A stretch of 64,000 nucleotides of DNA from Acetobacteraceae bacterium (GTDB lineage: Bacteria; Pseudomonadota; Alphaproteobacteria; Acetobacterales; Acetobacteraceae), in assembly GCA_035696165.1 (NCBI GenBank), contig DASRQX010000428.1:1037-65036 (forward strand), in the 5' to 3' direction. Below are positions 26,257 to 35,705 of the stretch, piece after piece (position 1 is the stretch's first letter; each line of letters begins with the position of its first letter). Below the pieces are notes generated by a model. It was not told the DNA's origin and searched no databases. It worked only from the letters and a program-made list of their open reading frames with translations. Position numbers and translations under genes: made by a program.

Positions 26257-27555
26257 CTATTGTCCAGGTCCGAACGCCCAGTTCGGCAGCGTCAGGACAA
26301 CCGGCGGGAACAGAATGAGCAGGACCAGCACGGCGACTTCCACCGCCAGCAGCGGCAGCACCGCGCGTGTGTAGTCGGCGACCTTCACCTCCAGCACGCC
26401 GCAGGAGATGAACATCAGTGTGCCGACCGGTGGGTGCACGGCGCCCAGCGTCACATTCAGACACATCAGCACCCCCAGGTGCACCGGGTTGACACCGACA
26501 CTCGTGGCGATCGGCACCAGAATGGGCGTCAGCAGGATCAGTGCCGCCACGCTCTCCAGCACCATGCCGACCAGCAGCAGGAAAACGTTGATCACCACCA
26601 GCATCAGCAGCGGGCTGGCGGTGATGGTTGAGAGCATCATCGCCAAATGTGAGGCGATCTGTTCCAGCGTCATATAGAAGCCCAGCGCGTTGGATGCGCT
26701 GATGATCATCATGACGACGGCGGTCGCCAGCGCCGCTTCGGTAACGATGTCCCACAGCTGCGCGACCTTTAGCTCGCGATAGACGAAAAGGCCCACCAGC
26801 AGCGAATAGGTGGCAATGACGGCGCCGGCCTCGGTTGGTGTGAAGACGCCGAAGCGCAGGCCGAAGATCACCACGAAGGGCACGGTCAGCGCCCAGGCCG
26901 CCTGGCGGATCGCGGAGAAGATCTCGATCACCGACGCCCGGCGGGCGCGCACCGGAAGGAATCCGTATTTCTTCGACAGAAACCGCGTGGTGATCATCAG
27001 CGCGGTCATCATCGTGAAGCCGGGCACGATGCCCGCCATAAACAGCCGTCCGACCGAAACGTTGGCGAGATAACCGTACAGCACGAAGCCCAGCCCAGGC
27101 GGCATCATCGGCGTGATCACGGCGGAGGCAGCGACGATCGCCGCGGCGAACGGGCGGGGATAGCCGCGCCGGATCATCTCGGTGCCCAGCATCTTCGACT
27201 GCATCGCGGCGTCCGCGTTGCCAGAGCCGGACTCGAACCCCATTAGGGCAGCCAGCAGCACGTTGGTCTGTGCCAGCGCGCCGGACATGTGCCCGACCAG
27301 GGTCTCGGCCAGGTTCAGCAGGCGCGTAGTGATCCCGGCATGGTTCATGATCACGCCGGCAAAGGTGAACATTGGTATCGCCACCAGCGGGAAAGACTGC
27401 GAGAACGCCGCCAGCCGCTGCGGAAAGATTGTCAGCGGCATCCCCTGCTGGTGCAGGAAGAACAGCAGCGCGCCAGAGCCGATCGCAACGCTCACCGGAA
27501 CGTTCAGGAACAGCAACAGGATGAACAGTGCAAGCGGCCATACATCCATCGCCAT
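26257..27555 (-). CDS. dctM: TRAP transporter large permease DctM, system 2
   Basis: 432 aa from ATG 27555 (MAMDVWPLALFILLLFLNVPVSVAIGSGALLFF..). The start overlaps the dctQ stop as ATGA. Confidence 0.85.
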   Translation of the reverse strand: MAMDVWPLALFILLLFLNVPVSVAIGSGALLFFLHQQGMPLTIFPQRLAAFSQSFPLVAIPMFTFAGVIMNHAGITTRLLNLAETLVGHMSGALAQTNVLLAALMGFESGSGNADAAMQSKMLGTEMIRRGYPRPFAAAIVAASAVITPMMPPGLGFVLYGYLANVSVGRLFMAGIVPGFTMMTALMITTRFLSKKYGFLPVRARRASVIEIFSAIRQAAWALTVPFVVIFGLRFGVFTPTEAGAVIATYSLLVGLFVYRELKVAQLWDIVTEAALATAVVMMIISASNALGFYMTLEQIASHLAMMLSTITASPLLMLVVINVFLLLVGMVLESVAALILLTPILVPIATSVGVNPVHLGVLMCLNVTLGAVHPPVGTLMFISCGVLEVKVADYTRAVLPLLAVEVAVLVLLILFPPVVLTLPNWAFGPGQ

Positions 27556-28091
27556 CAGGGTCCGGGGCGCCGCGCCTGGTGCAGCAGCCGCTGCACGCTG
27601 CGCAGCCCCATTGCCAGGAACCCGAAGGTCAGTCCGGCATAGGGGACGCTCAGCGGGATGTGCAGCATGCTGGTGTAGGCCGAGTTGCTGGCGATGGTTT
27701 GCTGCGCGCCCAGCCAGGCGAGGTAGAAGCAGTACAGTGCAACAAACATCGCCGTCGCGATGGCCAGCGCCGCCCGCAAACGGGTGGGTAGGAACGAGGT
27801 GACCAGATCGACGCTGACATGCTTGGCGCGCCGGTGCGCCTCCGCGGCGCCCACAAACACGACCCAGGCGAAGGCGATGCTCGAGACCTCCTCCACCCAG
27901 GTCGCCGGCGCCTCGGTTACGTAGCGCGACAGCACGCCCCAGACGATAGCGCACACCAGCACGACGAAACCGAGATTCATTGCCACATGTTCAAACGAGA
28001 CGCGCCGGCGCTTTCCGTCTTTGCCCACATCCGGGTCCGCGGCCACGACCCCGATCGCGCCCACGACCGGGGCACCCTCTGGGGGTGTCAT
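27555..28091 (-). CDS. dctQ: TRAP transporter small permease DctQ, system 2
   Basis: 178 aa with four TM segments, lying between dctP and dctM with ATGA overlaps on both sides. Confidence 0.75.
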   Translation of the reverse strand: MTPPEGAPVVGAIGVVAADPDVGKDGKRRRVSFEHVAMNLGFVVLVCAIVWGVLSRYVTEAPATWVEEVSSIAFAWVVFVGAAEAHRRAKHVSVDLVTSFLPTRLRAALAIATAMFVALYCFYLAWLGAQQTIASNSAYTSMLHIPLSVPYAGLTFGFLAMGLRSVQRLLHQARRPGP

Positions 28092-29092
28092 TTTCGGATC
28101 AGGCCCTGCACCGTCGCCTTGATCCCCGGCGTGAAGCCCGGATACGTCTCGTAGATAGGCGCGGTGACGTGGCGGAATGCGTCGCGGTCAACATCCTGAA
28201 TCACCGTCACCCCGGCGGCCTGGTATTTCGGGATGATATCCTTTTCCTCCTGCAACTTCAGGCGGGTCATCAGGTCGGCGGCTTCGCTGGCCTGCTCCAG
28301 AACGATCGTCTGCAGGTCGGTCGGCATGGAACGGTAGACCGTTTCGCTCATCACCACCGGGTCCCATGCGATCATATGGCTGGTCAGCACGGCGAATTTC
28401 GCCTGCTCGTAGAACTTGGATGCCCACATGGTCGGCAGCGGAGCTTCCAGCATGTCGAGCGTGCCTTGCGCCAGCCCGGTGTAGACCTCAGCGAAGCCGG
28501 TGGTCACCGGTCGCGCTCCCATGGCCTTCACCATCTCGACGTACATCGGCGCCGCGGCGCAGCGGAAATTCAGGCCCGCCAGGTCCGCTGGCTTGTGGAG
28601 CGGCTTCTTGGCCAGCAGTTGGCGGGTGCCGAAGTAGTTGTTCCACGAGATGACCCGCATGCCCTTGGCCGCCAACCGGTCGTCCAGATCCTTCAACCAG
28701 GGCGTACCCAGGATGCCGCGGAAATCTTCGGGTTTTTCCATGAGGTACGGCGCCTGCAGGATCGCCGCATCGGGAACGTACTGGCCCAGGAACAGTGCAT
28801 CGGTCAGTTGGATAACGGCGGCTCCCTGGCGCACCATCTCACCCACATCCGCCTGCGTACCCAGTTGATCGGACGGGAAGACGGTCACCGAGATGCGCCC
28901 GTCCGAGTGCTTCTGCACGTTTTCGGCAAACGACAGCATCGCGGTCTGCACGGCGTCCGCCGCAGTCAGTGGATGATCGAGGCGGAAGCTGAATTGCGGC
29001 GCCGCCGCGGCGCGGCGGATCGAAAACAGTGGCAGCAGCGCCGCGCCGAGGCCAAGCGGAATACGGGATCGGGCCGACAGCAGCGTCGCCAT
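28088..29092 (-). CDS. dctP: TRAP transporter substrate-binding protein DctP, system 2
   Basis: 334 aa from ATG 29092 (GGAGGAG 4 nt upstream), with a signal peptide and a DctP body (..FRLDHPLTAADAVQTAMLSFAENVQKHSDGRISVTVFPSDQLG..). Confidence 0.85.
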   Translation of the reverse strand: MATLLSARSRIPLGLGAALLPLFSIRRAAAAPQFSFRLDHPLTAADAVQTAMLSFAENVQKHSDGRISVTVFPSDQLGTQADVGEMVRQGAAVIQLTDALFLGQYVPDAAILQAPYLMEKPEDFRGILGTPWLKDLDDRLAAKGMRVISWNNYFGTRQLLAKKPLHKPADLAGLNFRCAAAPMYVEMVKAMGARPVTTGFAEVYTGLAQGTLDMLEAPLPTMWASKFYEQAKFAVLTSHMIAWDPVVMSETVYRSMPTDLQTIVLEQASEAADLMTRLKLQEEKDIIPKYQAAGVTVIQDVDRDAFRHVTAPIYETYPGFTPGIKATVQGLIRK

Positions 29093-29160
29093 GGAGCTCC
29101 TCCAGCGTTGAGTGCGCGTCCCGTCGTTCAACGCGGGGCAGGGGCGACTATACAGGGCGT

Positions 29161-29174
29161 TTGAACTGTTTCAA
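29161..29174. promoter_or_regulatory. Palindromic box TTGAACTGTTTCAA (TTGA-N6-TCAA class), site 2
   Basis: Exact TTGAA-N4-TTCAA about 70 nt upstream of the dctP ATG at 29092, at the head of a nine-gene operon. It shares the left flank GGGCGT with site 3. Confidence 0.5.
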
Positions 29175-29275
29175 CACCCCAGCGCGAAATACTCGCGCCG
29201 GTTCGGTGTGGCGCCGGATCCGCGTGACCGGGTGCGGCCGTGCCCGCATTGCCAAGCGACCAACGCGTCCGATGG

Positions 29276-30286
29276 CTACCGCCGACGCAGTGCCTCGCGC
29301 ACCGACTCGCGCAACACGATCTCAGCCTTCAACTGCAAGTGCTGCACCGGGCTGGTGTCGCCCGCCATGCGCCGCAGCAGCAGGCCCCAGGCGACGCGAA
29401 CGATCTCGCGCACCGGCTGGCGGATCACCGAAAGACCTGGGCTGACCAGATCGGCCCAGTCCGGCTCCTCGAACGCGAGCAGCGAGATGCGTTCCGGATA
29501 GCAGTCGCCCAGATCGCGCAGCACGTGCAGTGTGCGCGCCGCAATGACGCTGTTGCTGACGATGACCGCGGTCGGCGCAGCGCGGCCTTGCAGCACACCC
29601 GCCAGCCGCCTGGCATAGTCGTCGCCGCCGTCGCCCACCTCCATCACGGTCGTCGCGGTCGCCCCGGCGCGGTCGCGCAGCGCCTCGATGCGATGGCGCG
29701 ATATGCTGAGCACTTGCGATTCCACCACGAACAGGATGTGCAGATGGCCCAAGCGGATCAGCCGTCCCACGGCATCGCCCATCACCGCGCGATTGTCGAA
29801 GGTGACTTCGTCGAAGCGCTCGTCCTCGCAGGGTCGGTCAACCAGCACCGCGGGCGTGCCGGACGCGTACACCAGATCCAAAGTCTTGCGCGGATCGAGC
29901 GTCGGCACCATCAGCAGGCCGGCGATCCGGTGTCGCAGCAACTCTCGCACCCGGCGCGATTCGATCTGCGGTTCACGCCTGGTCAGCACCTGCATCATCT
30001 GATAGCCGCGCAGCGCGGCGATATCCTCAAAACTGTCGATCAGCGCAGCCAGGTAGGCGCTGGCGACGTGCGGCGCCGACAGGCCCACCACGGGCGCGAG
30101 TTGGCGCCGCTGGGCGTGCGCCAGCATGTTCTGCTCGTAGCCCAGCATGGCCATGGCGCGCTCGACCCGCTCGCGCAGCGCCGCACTGACTTTGATGGTG
30201 CCGTTCAGGACATGCGAAACGGTGCCGACAGAGACATCGGCAAGCCTGGCGACGTCGGTGATGGTCGGCTTGCGGATGGGTTTCAT
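29276..30286 (-). CDS. LacI-family transcriptional regulator
   Basis: 336 aa. N-terminal HTH KPTITDVARLADVSVGTVSHVLNG and a periplasmic-binding-protein-like C-terminal domain. Confidence 0.85.
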   Translation of the reverse strand: MKPIRKPTITDVARLADVSVGTVSHVLNGTIKVSAALRERVERAMAMLGYEQNMLAHAQRRQLAPVVGLSAPHVASAYLAALIDSFEDIAALRGYQMMQVLTRREPQIESRRVRELLRHRIAGLLMVPTLDPRKTLDLVYASGTPAVLVDRPCEDERFDEVTFDNRAVMGDAVGRLIRLGHLHILFVVESQVLSISRHRIEALRDRAGATATTVMEVGDGGDDYARRLAGVLQGRAAPTAVIVSNSVIAARTLHVLRDLGDCYPERISLLAFEEPDWADLVSPGLSVIRQPVREIVRVAWGLLLRRMAGDTSPVQHLQLKAEIVLRESVREALRRR

Positions 30287-30369
30287 CGGTTCGGCGTCGT
30301 TGTCGCCGCATAACTACAGGCTGCACCGAAGCGCGCAAGCCCGTCTCCCGGCGGTCATCGGTGGGCGTA

Positions 30370-30383
30370 TTGAACCATTTCAA
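30370..30383. promoter_or_regulatory. Palindromic box TTGAACCATTTCAA (TTGA-N6-TCAA class), site 3
   Basis: Exact TTGAA-N4-TTCAA in the 144-bp divergent region. It lies 84 nt from the LacI-family start (30286) and 48 nt from the acyl-CoA synthetase start (30431). Confidence 0.5.
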
Positions 30384-30430
30384 AGAAAACAGCATACTCC
30401 GACCGCAGCGGGAAACGGAGACGTCGCGAC

Positions 30431-32566
30431 ATGAGTGCAGGGACGGCCGAGCGTGGAGCATCCGCCCCCGAGGACTTTGCCGACGTATCCCGCCTGCTCG
30501 CGCCGCGCAGCGTCGCGATCATCGGCGCGTCGGACCAACCCGGCAATGTCGGCGGCGCGGCGGTGCGTTTCTTCCGCAAGTTCGCTTCACCCTGCACGGT
30601 CTGGCCGGTGAACCGCGGGCGGGACACCGTCGCCGGCTTGCCTTGCTACAAAAGCGTTGCCGACCTGCCGGCGCCGACCGACCTCGCCATCCTGGCGGTC
30701 CCCGCCTCGGCGGTGCTCCAGGTGGTGCGCGAGTGCGTCGCCGCCGGCATCTGCGCGGGTATCGCCTGGGCGGGCGGCTTTCAGGAAGGCGGCGCCAGCG
30801 GCGTGGCGCTGCAGAGCGAGCTGGACGCGCTGTGTCGGGACACCGGCTTCGCTCTGCTCGGCCCGAACTGCATCGGCATCATCGACACACACGCGCCGGT
30901 CACCGCCAGCTTCGCCTCGATGATGCTGGCCCTCGACAAATTCCTGCCGGGTAACATTTCGATGGTGAGCCAAAGCGGCGGACTGGCAACCATGGGTCAG
31001 GCCATGGCGCAACTTGAGGGCTACGGCTTCCGCTACATGATCAGCACCGGGAACGAGGCGGTGCTCGGTGTGGCCGACTTCATCCACGCGCTGGCAACCG
31101 ACGACGCGACCAAGGTGATCGCCACCTATCTGGAGGGCGTGCGGAACGGGGCAAAATTCCGCCGTGCCCTGCTCGACGCGCGGGACGCCGGCAAGCCGGT
31201 GATCGTGCTGAAGGCCGGGGCCACGGCCGCCAGTGCCGCGGCTGCCGCCGCCCATACCGGTGCGCTCGCCGGCGAGGGTCGCGTCTGGGACGCTGTGCTG
31301 CGCGACTGCGCCGCCATCAAGGTCGAATCGCTGGAGGAACTGCTGGACGTGGCAATGCAGTTGAGCGGCGCGGACCTTGGCAAGCTGCCGCGCAGCCGCG
31401 GCGTGGCGGCGATCACCTTCGGGGGCGGCAGCGGCGTGCTGTCGGCGGACCAGTGCGACCGGGTGGGTCTGGCCGTTCCCGCCCTGGCGACGGCGACGCG
31501 AGCCGCGCTGGACGGCTTGGTTCCGCCGCTGGCCTCGACCCGCAATCCTGTGGACCTGACGCCGCAGGCGTACCAGGACCCGCAATGGCTCGGGCGTTTC
31601 CCGCAGGCGCTGGACGCGATCGCGGCGGACCCGGGTGTCGGCATGATCTTCTTTCAGCTTGGCCCGATGGCGCGTGGCGATCTGGAGATGGCGCGCATGG
31701 TGGCGACATTTCGCGACCGGTGCGCCAAACCGGTGATCGCGGCCTGGCCACTGGCGATCGCGGCGGCGCGCGCCAGTCTGCACGCTGACGGCGTACACAT
31801 CTTCCCGGAATATTCCCGTGCCGTACGCACCATGGGCCGCGTGGCAGACTACGCGGCGGCGTTGACGGCACCACGGGACATTGTTCCAGCTTCGACGCTC
31901 AACTGGTCCGCTCACGTGGCGAACCCGCGCGCCGGCACCGTCATATCCGAGCACGAATGCCACGCCATCCTGACACGCGCCGGGCTGCCGGTCGCCGACG
32001 GACGGCTGGTGGTTTCCGAGGACGAAGCCGTGAACGCGGCGCACGGCGTGGGATTCCCGGTGGTGATGAAGGCGATCTCCGCTCAGGTGACGCATCGCGC
32101 CGCGGCCGGGCTGCTGGCCCTGGGGCAGCGGTCCGAGGCGGAGGTGCGGAGTGCCTGGCGCAGCCTGCAGGCGCGCGCCGCTACGTTGCCGGCCGCATTG
32201 GACGGCATTCTCGTCCAGCACATGGTGCAGGCGGGTGCCGAACTGCTGGTCTCGGCGTTCCGAGACCCGGACTTCGGCGTGATGCTGTCGCTGGGCGCCG
32301 GCGGCACGCTGACCGAACTGCTGGACGACATCGTTCTGGTCCCGGCCCCAGCGAGCCCGGCGACCGTGGCGCACGCACTGCGCCGGCTGCGGGTGATGCG
32401 CAAGGCGAGCGACAGGCTCGACCACTTGCTCGATTTTGCATCCCGGTTTTCCGCGCTTGCCGCGGCGGCACCGTGGCAGCGCTTCGTGCTGGAGGTGAAC
32501 CCGGTCAAGTGGACCGCCGAAGAGGCGCGGGCGATCGACGGGCTGCTGATCATCGAGGAACCATGA
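30431..32566 (+). CDS. ADP-forming acyl-CoA synthetase (acetate--CoA ligase family), paralog 2
   Basis: 711 aa. LLAPRSVAIIGASDQPGNVGG, LLGPNCIGIID and MVSQSGGLA. Same architecture as 9827-11974. Confidence 0.85.
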   Translation: MSAGTAERGASAPEDFADVSRLLAPRSVAIIGASDQPGNVGGAAVRFFRKFASPCTVWPVNRGRDTVAGLPCYKSVADLPAPTDLAILAVPASAVLQVVRECVAAGICAGIAWAGGFQEGGASGVALQSELDALCRDTGFALLGPNCIGIIDTHAPVTASFASMMLALDKFLPGNISMVSQSGGLATMGQAMAQLEGYGFRYMISTGNEAVLGVADFIHALATDDATKVIATYLEGVRNGAKFRRALLDARDAGKPVIVLKAGATAASAAAAAAHTGALAGEGRVWDAVLRDCAAIKVESLEELLDVAMQLSGADLGKLPRSRGVAAITFGGGSGVLSADQCDRVGLAVPALATATRAALDGLVPPLASTRNPVDLTPQAYQDPQWLGRFPQALDAIAADPGVGMIFFQLGPMARGDLEMARMVATFRDRCAKPVIAAWPLAIAAARASLHADGVHIFPEYSRAVRTMGRVADYAAALTAPRDIVPASTLNWSAHVANPRAGTVISEHECHAILTRAGLPVADGRLVVSEDEAVNAAHGVGFPVVMKAISAQVTHRAAAGLLALGQRSEAEVRSAWRSLQARAATLPAALDGILVQHMVQAGAELLVSAFRDPDFGVMLSLGAGGTLTELLDDIVLVPAPASPATVAHALRRLRVMRKASDRLDHLLDFASRFSALAAAAPWQRFVLEVNPVKWTAEEARAIDGLLIIEEP

Positions 32567-32879
32567 TCGGGACAGTGGTCGATCGGAGACACGCTTGGGA
32601 TCGAGCCCCCGATCCGGTACGGATCGGCTGCGCCACGCGACGTCTGATCGTGCGAGGGGTGCGTTGGCGCCCCTGCGCACGCAAGTGGTATTATGACATG
32701 GAGTGCGAGAGCGATCCGCACCTTCATCATCATATCGCAACCGTCGTGATCATCATGCCGCGGGGATCGACCACACGTTCCTCAAGGTGCCCGACGGAAC
32801 GCACCATCGAAGCTGCCGCGCGAGCCGGCGGAAGCCTGCAATGCGCCGGCGAACAGCAAAACGCTACGGGGAAAATGCG

Positions 32880-33839
32880 ATGACCACGACTGTTGGAAGC
32901 GGTGACTTCACCTACCGCGTGGAGCCGGGGTGGGGGCAGTTGCCGGACGGTTGGGATTACGGCGATGTCGGCGGCGTCGGCGTCGACGCAAAGGACCGGA
33001 TCTACGTGTTCAATCGCGGCGGCCATCCGATGATCGTGCTCGACCGCGACGGCAAGTTCCTGACCTCATGGGGCGAGGCGTTCTTCAAACGCCCGCACGC
33101 GGTGCATATGGGGCCGGACGACACGATCTACTGCACCGACGACCTCGATCACACCGTCCGCAAATGCACGCTCGACGGAAAGGTGTTGTTCACCATCGGC
33201 ACGCCAGGACGGCCGGTGCCGGAATTCAGCGGCCAGCCGTTCAATCGCTGCACCCACACCGCGCTGTCGCCGGCCGGCGACCTCTACGTCTCCGACGGCT
33301 ACGGTAATGCACGCGTGCACAAGTTCTCGCCCGACGGCAAGCTGCTGCTGTCCTGGGGCGAAAGCGGCACGGATCCCGGTCAGTTCAACGTGGTCCACAA
33401 CATCTGCTGCGACGCTGACGGCTGGGTCTACATTGCCGATCGCGAGAATCATCGCATCCAGGTGTTTGACGGCGCCGGGCGATACGAGACCCAATGGAAC
33501 AACCTGCACCGTCCCTGCGGGCTGTTCATGCACGGCACGCGCAACCCGACGTTCTTTGTGGGCGAGCTGGGCCCGTTCCTCGACACCAATCGCCGATACG
33601 CCAATATCGGGCCGCGGGTGAGCATCCTCGACCACAAGGGGAAGCTGCTGGCTCGGCTTGGTGCGCCGCATGCGGGCGTGGAGGACGGCACGTTCATCGC
33701 ACCGCACACGCTCGCCCTCGATTCGCGTGGCGACCTTTATGTCGGGGAGGTGTCATACGCATCCTGGACCGCCGTCTTCCCCAAGGTGCCGAAGCCCGAC
33801 CGCATCCGCAGCCTGCAGAAATTCGTTAAGCTTCGGTAG
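32880..33839 (+). CDS. NHL-repeat six-bladed beta-propeller protein (peptidyl-alpha-hydroxyglycine-lyase-like)
   Basis: 319 aa from ATG 32880. Repeated ..YVSDGYGNARVHKFSPDGKLLLSWGESGTDPGQFNVVHNICCDADGWVYIADRENHRIQVFD.. blocks. Confidence 0.7.
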   Translation: MTTTVGSGDFTYRVEPGWGQLPDGWDYGDVGGVGVDAKDRIYVFNRGGHPMIVLDRDGKFLTSWGEAFFKRPHAVHMGPDDTIYCTDDLDHTVRKCTLDGKVLFTIGTPGRPVPEFSGQPFNRCTHTALSPAGDLYVSDGYGNARVHKFSPDGKLLLSWGESGTDPGQFNVVHNICCDADGWVYIADRENHRIQVFDGAGRYETQWNNLHRPCGLFMHGTRNPTFFVGELGPFLDTNRRYANIGPRVSILDHKGKLLARLGAPHAGVEDGTFIAPHTLALDSRGDLYVGEVSYASWTAVFPKVPKPDRIRSLQKFVKLR

Positions 33840-33880
33840 CGTGCCATGATCGTCCGTGACAGCCCGCCGAGGCCCGCGCC

Positions 33881-34933
33881 ATGCCGATGAACCGCAAGCC
33901 GCTGGTGTATTTCGAACGCTGGTTCGATCCCATCGCCGCCAGGATCCTGAGCGAGCAGGACGATATCGAACTGATCCGGCTCGAATACGCGGCGTCCGAG
34001 CCGGACAACTGGGCCGAGATGTCGCGCGCCTGCGGCTATCAGGTGGGCGCGCGGACCGAGCTGGTCGAGCCGTGGTTCGGCAGTGCCGGTCTGTTGGCGC
34101 GCTGCCCCAACATGCTGGCGCTCTGCTCGATCGGCGCTGGGCACGATGTGATCGACGTGGACGCGTGCAACGCAGCGGGCGTCATCGTGTGCAACCAGTC
34201 CGGCACGAACAACGAGGCGGTGGCCGAACACGCGATCGGCCTGATGTTGGCGCTGTCGAAGAAGATCAGCCTGACCAATCGCATGCTGTTGCGCGGTGAG
34301 GCGAACAGCCGCTATGCGCTGATCGGCAACGATCTGCAGCACAAGACGGCCGGCATCGTCGGCATCGGCAAGATCGGCTCGCGGACAGCAAAACTCTGTG
34401 GCGCCTTCGACATGACCGTGCTGGCGTACGATCCTTACCTGACCGAGCAGGAAGTCGCCGCGCGTGGCGCCGCCAAAGTCACGCTGCCGGCGTTGCTGGA
34501 TCGCGCAGATTTCGTGCTGGTGCATTGCCCGCGCACCGCGGAGACGCTCGGCATGTTCGGCGCGGCCGAGTTCACCCGCATGAAACCCTCGGCGTTCTTC
34601 ATCAACACGGCGCGCGGCATGATCCACAAGGAGGACGCGCTGCTGGACGCGCTGCGCCGGCAGCAAATTGCCGGGGCGGGCCTTGACGTGTTCGACACGG
34701 AGCCGCCGCCCGCCGACCATCCGCTGTTGCTGTTGGACAATGTGGTGGCAACGCCGCACATTGCAGGCGCCACGGTGGAATCGAACCGCAGCATGTCGGT
34801 CGCCGCCGCCGAGCAGTGGATCGGCTTGTTGCGCGGCCGCGTGCCGCCCCGGCTGGTGAATCCGGAAGCCTGGCCCCGCTACAGCGAGCGGTTCCGGGAG
34901 ATCATCGGATTCCTGCCCGATCCGATCGAGTGA
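33881..34933 (+). CDS. D-isomer-specific 2-hydroxyacid dehydrogenase family protein
   Basis: 350 aa. NAD-binding GIVGIGKIGSRTA, and ..FINTARGMIHKEDALLDAL..AGAGLDVFDTEPP..VVATPHIAG. Confidence 0.85.
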   Translation: MPMNRKPLVYFERWFDPIAARILSEQDDIELIRLEYAASEPDNWAEMSRACGYQVGARTELVEPWFGSAGLLARCPNMLALCSIGAGHDVIDVDACNAAGVIVCNQSGTNNEAVAEHAIGLMLALSKKISLTNRMLLRGEANSRYALIGNDLQHKTAGIVGIGKIGSRTAKLCGAFDMTVLAYDPYLTEQEVAARGAAKVTLPALLDRADFVLVHCPRTAETLGMFGAAEFTRMKPSAFFINTARGMIHKEDALLDALRRQQIAGAGLDVFDTEPPPADHPLLLLDNVVATPHIAGATVESNRSMSVAAAEQWIGLLRGRVPPRLVNPEAWPRYSERFREIIGFLPDPIE

Positions 34934-34991
34934 CGCGCGATGATGCCACACGACGGGTTCGGCGTCCGGCACTGCCAGGGAGATCGGCGCG

Positions 34992-35621
34992 ATGGCACAT
35001 AAAGGCATGCTGCTGGTCCTGATGCAGCCCCCCGCGCGTCTGGAGGAGGAGTACAACGACTGGTACGACACCGAGCACCTGCCCGACCGGCTCTCCGCGC
35101 CAGGGTTCGAGGCAGGCCGGCGGTATGTCTCCGTCGGCGGCGGGCCGCGCACCTACATCGCCGTCTACGACCTTGCCGATGTGCGTGTCCTGGAGACGCC
35201 GGAATACCGCAAGCTGTCCGGCAGCAGCTTCACGCCGTGGACCAAGCGCCTGATGCGACGCATCCGTCGCTACCGCGTGCTCGCCGAGCAGGTGTTTCCC
35301 GGTGATGCCATTTCGCAGCCGTGTTCACACCTGTTCCTGACGCGCTTCAGCGGATTGTCCGAGACCGATGAAAGCGCCGTGATCGGTGCAATTGAAACCG
35401 CGTTCGCCGGTCAGCCGCAGGTCATCCAGTGCCGTGTCTTCGCCGAGCCGGCGGACCGCGCAACCAACTACCTTGTGCTGATCGGCGGCTGCGCGCCGGT
35501 CGACAACACGATGACCGTCGGCAGCCTTGGCACGCGGATTGCCGGCAGCATGGATCTCGCCATCAGCCTGGTGCCCTACCGGATCGGAATGACCTGGGAA
35601 CGGTCGATCGAGGAGGTCTGA
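34992..35621 (+). CDS. Hypothetical protein, probably a dimeric alpha/beta-barrel (EthD/DUF4286-like) fold
   Basis: 209 aa. LEEEYNDWYDTEHLPDRLSAPGFEAGRRY is a motif I associate with DABB-type proteins (recalled). Confidence 0.45.
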   Translation: MAHKGMLLVLMQPPARLEEEYNDWYDTEHLPDRLSAPGFEAGRRYVSVGGGPRTYIAVYDLADVRVLETPEYRKLSGSSFTPWTKRLMRRIRRYRVLAEQVFPGDAISQPCSHLFLTRFSGLSETDESAVIGAIETAFAGQPQVIQCRVFAEPADRATNYLVLIGGCAPVDNTMTVGSLGTRIAGSMDLAISLVPYRIGMTWERSIEEV

Positions 35622-35705
35622 TACCGCTCTCTTGCGGCCGGGGTTCGACAAAGCAAACAACCCACTTGCGGCGGCGACCGCAGCGGGCAACCGGAGGAAC
35701 GAAAA

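Noticed and set aside
29093-30430. Canonical LacI-family operator (TG.AA.CG.TT.CA-type palindrome with a central CG) near the LacI-family gene.
   Set aside because: None found. The only palindromes there are the TTGAA-N4-TTCAA boxes, whose geometry fits CRP/FNR-type boxes better. They are reported as a finding with both interpretations.
30587-32740. 717-aa minus-strand ORF opposite acyl-CoA synthetase 2. Others of the same kind: 33737-35152(-), 35325-36803(-), 37297-39300(+), 58499-60016(-) and 58525-59679(+).
   Set aside because: Same reasoning. They have no recognisable motifs and skewed composition, and each overlaps a well-supported gene.
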